IMG/VR virus record: IMGVR_UViG_3300031712_000005 | Reading direction: 5' to 3' (one strand) | Source of the DNA: an uncultured virus (IMG/VR IMGVR_UViG_3300031712_000005) | Taxonomy: Duplodnaviria > Heunggongvirae > Uroviricota > Caudoviricetes | Length of the DNA stretch: 20,000 nucleotides | In this document: in pieces, positions 16,826-20,000 of the stretch | How the letters are laid out: each line of letters begins with the position of its first letter | How positions within the stretch are numbered: position 1 is the stretch's first letter | Notes under the pieces: generated by a model | Databases searched by the model: none | What the model saw: the letters and a program-made list of their open reading frames with translations, nothing else | Told to the model about the DNA's origin: nothing | Made by a program: the position numbers and the translations under genes

Positions 16826-17442
16826 CTTTTCTCCAATGCCTCCCTGACTATGGCCTCAAAATCTAGGCCAAGTGGGTTCTTTAGTTTTGGTGGCTCGGGT
16901 CGATTGAACTCGAAATCAAGTATATTTTGGATCTCGTCATAGCACTCAACAACTTTCCCATTTTCTTCTGGCTGGGTGCTTTGATCTAGAGTACCAGCCC
17001 GGGTTACTTCGATGATCTTGTTGCCCATGATCCGTTCGTAACGGTTTGCTATAAGACTTGGGCGTTTGGGCAACACGACTTGACTGTAGTGAGTAGCTCC
17101 CTGCAGGTGGAAGGAGGGTCCTTGCCGACCATACTTTGCGATGGCTGCTTCAAAGTCGATTAGAGTATTGAAAAACCAAGCATCCCCACTAGTGTCGACG
17201 AAAAGGTACCGAGACTCCTCCCCCTCAACGCTGTAGTACTTGTTATGGGCAAGATCTCGCGTACCTTTTGGAGGGAAAAGGTAGGAGCTACTCCATCTAT
17301 TTGAGCCAAGGGAGGTTCGGATGCTAATGGGTGCTGGTGAGCTATTGGAGTTAGTGTTGATGTACCAGACTCGGCAGTATCCTTGCTTACCGGTTCGTAG
17401 CTGGACTAACGTTCGATTGGAGTAGACAAGATCACAACCCAT
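16822..17442 (-). CDS. Hypothetical protein containing NRYERIM motif
   Basis: 206 aa ORF; starts 3 nt after the stop of the upstream gene. Confidence 0.65.
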   Translation of the reverse strand: MGCDLVYSNRTLVQLRTGKQGYCRVWYINTNSNSSPAPISIRTSLGSNRWSSSYLFPPKGTRDLAHNKYYSVEGEESRYLFVDTSGDAWFFNTLIDFEAAIAKYGRQGPSFHLQGATHYSQVVLPKRPSLIANRYERIMGNKIIEVTRAGTLDQSTQPEENGKVVECYDEIQNILDFEFNRPEPPKLKNPLGLDFEAIVREALEKS

Positions 17443-17445
17443 AGG

Positions 17446-17739
17446 TTACCTACCCGGTGGTCTTAATACCTTTGGTTGATCCCAGACCGTTTGAATGATC
17501 GGGCCATGCTGAGGCACCTTGACCTTCGGTGGTGCCCTGTTGATGTAAGCCCGGTCTAGGTCAAGAGCATTATACTTACTCTCGACCCATTGACGTTGAG
17601 CTCTTGATAGCTTGATCATGGCTCCTCTTTCGAGGTCCCCAAGCATGCTTTTGAAGCACCTCTCCTCATACATGCTAATGCGCTTCAGGCCAGCGTCAAG
17701 GATAGCACGCAAGAGGGTTAGATCAGTTTTCTTCGTCAT
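17446..17739 (-). CDS. Hypothetical protein (start MTKKTDL at 17739)
   Basis: The ORF-track extension to 17859 is only the alternative frame of the poly-Asp repeat; the protein-like part begins at ATG 17739, overlapping the ATPase stop. Confidence 0.6.
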   Translation of the reverse strand: MTKKTDLTLLRAILDAGLKRISMYEERCFKSMLGDLERGAMIKLSRAQRQWVESKYNALDLDRAYINRAPPKVKVPQHGPIIQTVWDQPKVLRPPGR

Positions 17740-18973
17740 CATCGTCATTATCGTCATCGTCGTCGTCATCATCATCATCATCGTCGTCATCCTCATCTTC
17801 ACCGTCTTCGGTGTCGTAGGTGTCGCTCTCTTCCTCTTCGATGATGGACTTATTGGCAAAATTGTAGACGTCGGTCAACGTCATGGACTCTGTAATAGCA
17901 GCCGGCTCCCCATCGGTTACTCGGTCATATATCCTTAGGCAGTGCTCTGGGGGTAGCTCTGTTAGTTGGATGATCGTCGATAGCCTACCTGGTCTGGTTA
18001 GAGCTTCATCCATGTCAGGTAGTTTAGTGTTGGTGGTGCAGATAATTCTCAGGTTCAGGGTCTGCCCGAGAATACCATCCGATGCATTAAGAAGTGCAGA
18101 TATTGCAGACATTGTTTCTTCTGTACGTTTCACCAGAGCCTTGTCTGAATCCTCCAGAATGAGGATGATGGGGTCATCCGACCCTGTCATCCCACGAGCT
18201 TTAACCAGGACTGGTACTAACTCAGGTCCGGTCAAGTTCTGAATCATGTCACTCGGAATAAGTACAAAGATAGCGTCGATGATGTCGTGCATCAACCCAC
18301 GAATCAAGTAGGACTTACCAGTTCCAGGCTTCCCGTGTATGACACTAAGCCTCCCGAGGGGCTTATCCCTTTGGAGGTCAGCGAGCAGGGATTTGTATTC
18401 GGTAATCACTTCTTCTGTGTAGTTGTCCTCTTCCAACTCAAGCCCAGCGCGCCCAACCTCGATTATCTCAAGTTCACCGTTTATCCTTGCAATTGAGTAC
18501 ACCGGCTGTCTTATGTTTGATGGGATTAAGAACTTCCCAATGATAGACCCAACCTGGGCATGCTGGGTCTGGTCGATGGTCATCAGTTCGATTTTAAGGG
18601 TCCAGTCCATCGATACTTGGACTCGTAGCGCGCCCTTGGACCAGGTAATCCAATGCTCTGAGTCGCTCCGACGTGAGCCAGCTTGAAAGAGAGCCTTCCG
18701 AGAAAAGATCACGGACCCAGCGATCTTGCTTACCAGAGCCTTCGTGAAGTTGAGTAGTTCCTCCTCGGTGTCCCCATCTTCTAGATGCCCCTGGCAGTAC
18801 CCGGAGTAAACCCCATGGCCGGTACTAATCCCAAACTCGAGAAGCATTTGCGCAAACGGGCTGTATTGACCTAAGGCTCCACAAATAGATGGATTCCACC
18901 ACTCCGGTCTCGTATTCTTCAATTCAACTTTGGGTTCTGACTTTACGACGCCTGGTCTTCGGATTGAGGCCAT
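17723..18973 (-). CDS. AAA+ ATPase (classical AAA clade, BCS1-like) with acidic C-terminal tail
   Basis: Walker A GKPGTGKS, Walker B ILILED, ISALLNASDG, sensor CTTN, arginine finger ALTRPGRL; AGGAG RBS. Confidence 0.88.
   Translation of the reverse strand: MASIRRPGVVKSEPKVELKNTRPEWWNPSICGALGQYSPFAQMLLEFGISTGHGVYSGYCQGHLEDGDTEEELLNFTKALVSKIAGSVIFSRKALFQAGSRRSDSEHWITWSKGALRVQVSMDWTLKIELMTIDQTQHAQVGSIIGKFLIPSNIRQPVYSIARINGELEIIEVGRAGLELEEDNYTEEVITEYKSLLADLQRDKPLGRLSVIHGKPGTGKSYLIRGLMHDIIDAIFVLIPSDMIQNLTGPELVPVLVKARGMTGSDDPIILILEDSDKALVKRTEETMSAISALLNASDGILGQTLNLRIICTTNTKLPDMDEALTRPGRLSTIIQLTELPPEHCLRIYDRVTDGEPAAITESMTLTDVYNFANKSIIEEEESDTYDTEDGEDEDDDDDDDDDDDDDDNDDDDEEN
17726..17840 (-). repeat. 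GAY/GAR triplet run encoding an Asp/Glu-rich tail
   Basis: (TCA/TCG)n run on the + strand; translates to EEEESDTYDTEDGEDEDDDDDDDDDDDDDDNDDDDEEN. Confidence 0.9.
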
Positions 18974-19073
18974 GTTCTTCAGTGTCTCCTCTTCTTGTTA
19001 CTTATTCCAAGGCAAAGTGGCAACAGGTATACACCAGATGTGCCAATGTCAGCTATAATTATCGTCATGTAGC

Positions 19074-19103
19074 TTGACACTTGAACACTTATGCTACTAA
19101 ATT
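19074..19103 (+). promoter_or_regulatory. Sigma70-like promoter candidate
   Basis: TTGACA (19074-19079)-N18-TAAATT, 7 nt before ATG 19111, in the AT-rich divergent intergenic region. Confidence 0.45.
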
Positions 19104-19110
19104 AGGCAAG

Positions 19111-19650
19111 ATGAGTGAGCCGCGGACTAGGTACCAGAGAAGCATCGAGGTTATCGACTCACAAGTCAAACCACTAAGCCGATATGAAAGATTTGACCGT
19201 GTACTAACGACGGTCCTCAGGGAAGTTATGCGCGGATCCGAGCTAAAGGCAGAGGCCAAGGGCCGGAGGATACACATCTCTCTTGGGACTACTTCTTGGG
19301 AGTATCCGAACCTAGAGCTGGGGCTCAGGTCGATTGGCGACCTGCTGGAAGGGAACATTGGGGCTGTCGGTACTGTAGAGGGTGAATGCTCTGGGAAAGA
19401 CCAAATCGATCAAGAGCTACTCAACGGGGCTTTCCTTGTCGTCTCGGCGTTCGGAGCCAAGGTTAAGATCTGTTGGATACGAACTCTGCCCGCGCAAGAG
19501 GTTCCTCTGAAGTCCGGTGGTACTCATCATGTGACTCAGAAGGGGTTTCGTACTTCTATCTATGATGAATCCAACTTTATCGAGCTAATACGAACCTCTT
19601 TGACAGCTCAAGAGCGAATTGAGAAGGGTTCGACCTTGTCTCGCCCGTGA
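19111..19650 (+). CDS. Hypothetical protein with two N-terminal R-Y-x-R motifs
   Basis: MSEPRTRYQRSIE...PLSRYERFDR; ATG 19111 preferred to TTG 19081. Confidence 0.65.
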   Translation: MSEPRTRYQRSIEVIDSQVKPLSRYERFDRVLTTVLREVMRGSELKAEAKGRRIHISLGTTSWEYPNLELGLRSIGDLLEGNIGAVGTVEGECSGKDQIDQELLNGAFLVVSAFGAKVKICWIRTLPAQEVPLKSGGTHHVTQKGFRTSIYDESNFIELIRTSLTAQERIEKGSTLSRP

Positions 19651-19651
19651 C

Positions 19652-19921
19652 TCACGTCTTGAATGAGTCCAAGATTCGCTCGTATCTCGTTCTTACTGCA
19701 GGACGTGGCTTAGGATGATTCGTAACAGGTAGTCCAGGTGGGTTAAACGCAGCTTGAATCTGATCCGTAACCCTAAGTGTGCTAGCTGCATCGAGGGCCG
19801 CAAATACCTGAGAATCTTGCGCAGCTCGTATCTCCTGTTGTGTTCTGAGTATTTGAGCATCCACTATTGGTAGGCGACCAGGGGTTCTAAGTGAGAACCC
19901 AAAGGGTTGCCAGCAGTTCAA
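19652..19921 (-). CDS. Small hypothetical protein ending in RTRYERILDSFKT (start uncertain, TTG 19921 or GTG 19864)
   Basis: ORF bounded upstream by an in-frame TGA at 19958-19960; carries the recurrent motif, which supports it being real. Confidence 0.55.
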   Translation of the reverse strand: MNCWQPFGFSLRTPGRLPIVDAQILRTQQEIRAAQDSQVFAALDAASTLRVTDQIQAAFNPPGLPVTNHPKPRPAVRTRYERILDSFKT

Positions 19922-19938
19922 CCTGAACTTGACTAAAG

Positions 19939-20000
19939 TTACTTGACTCCGCTCGTCTCATAGATAATCATCCTATCAGATCGGATGTACATGAAGATGA
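19939..20000 (-). CDS. Possible 3' end of a gene running in from beyond the window
   Basis: Minus-strand frame open from the edge: IFMYIRSDRMIIYETSGVK-TAA. Confidence 0.35.
   Translation of the reverse strand, partial: IFMYIRSDRMIIYETSGVK

Noticed and set aside
17740..17859. Met/Thr-rich N-terminal extension of ORF 17446..17859
   Set aside because: Alternative-frame translation of the same GAT/GAC repeat; the real start is more likely 17739.
17612..17938. + strand ORF with a long hydrophobic 'transmembrane' stretch (possible holin)
   Set aside because: It is the antisense reading of the poly-Asp codon run of the AAA ATPase.
1..20000. tRNA, rRNA, CRISPR array, transposase/integrase, intron/intein, or stop-codon reassignment
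   Set aside because: None recognised by eye; recognisable genes are full-length in the standard code and end with all three stop codons.

Overview
Gene-dense, frequently strand-switching 20 kb segment that most resembles the accessory/metabolic region of a large (jumbo-type) bacteriophage or similar mobile genome. This is an inference: many ORFans and phage-type families are mixed with isolated metabolic genes, and no recognisable structural, replication, rRNA, tRNA or CRISPR feature lies in the window. Positions 1-6508 carry a co-oriented NAD+-linked operon: NrtR-like Nudix/wHTH regulator, NAMPT, small ORF, VWA protein, divergent adenylosuccinate synthetase-like enzyme, kinase-like (probable pseudokinase) protein and a CinA/PncC-like + HxGH nucleotidyltransferase fusion. 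After it come an AT-richer DNA methyltransferase-Mrr-like nuclease fusion, two predicted peptidoglycan hydrolases, a Zn-finger protein, a YozE-like protein, coaD, a 2H phosphoesterase (Acb1-like candidate), a wHTH protein, an AAA+ ATPase with a poly-Asp tail and many ORFans. The most striking unexplained signal is a short peptide motif, [TSN]-R-[YF]-[EQ]-R-[IFS], found six times in five unrelated proteins with different codon choices, which points to a shared protein-level tag. Other notable observations are a 13-bp hairpin that would bring a distant Shine-Dalgarno next to the purA-like start, a small ORF mimicking the VWA N-terminal peptide, and candidate genome-specific promoter motifs. All functional calls come from motif recognition; no database searches were run.
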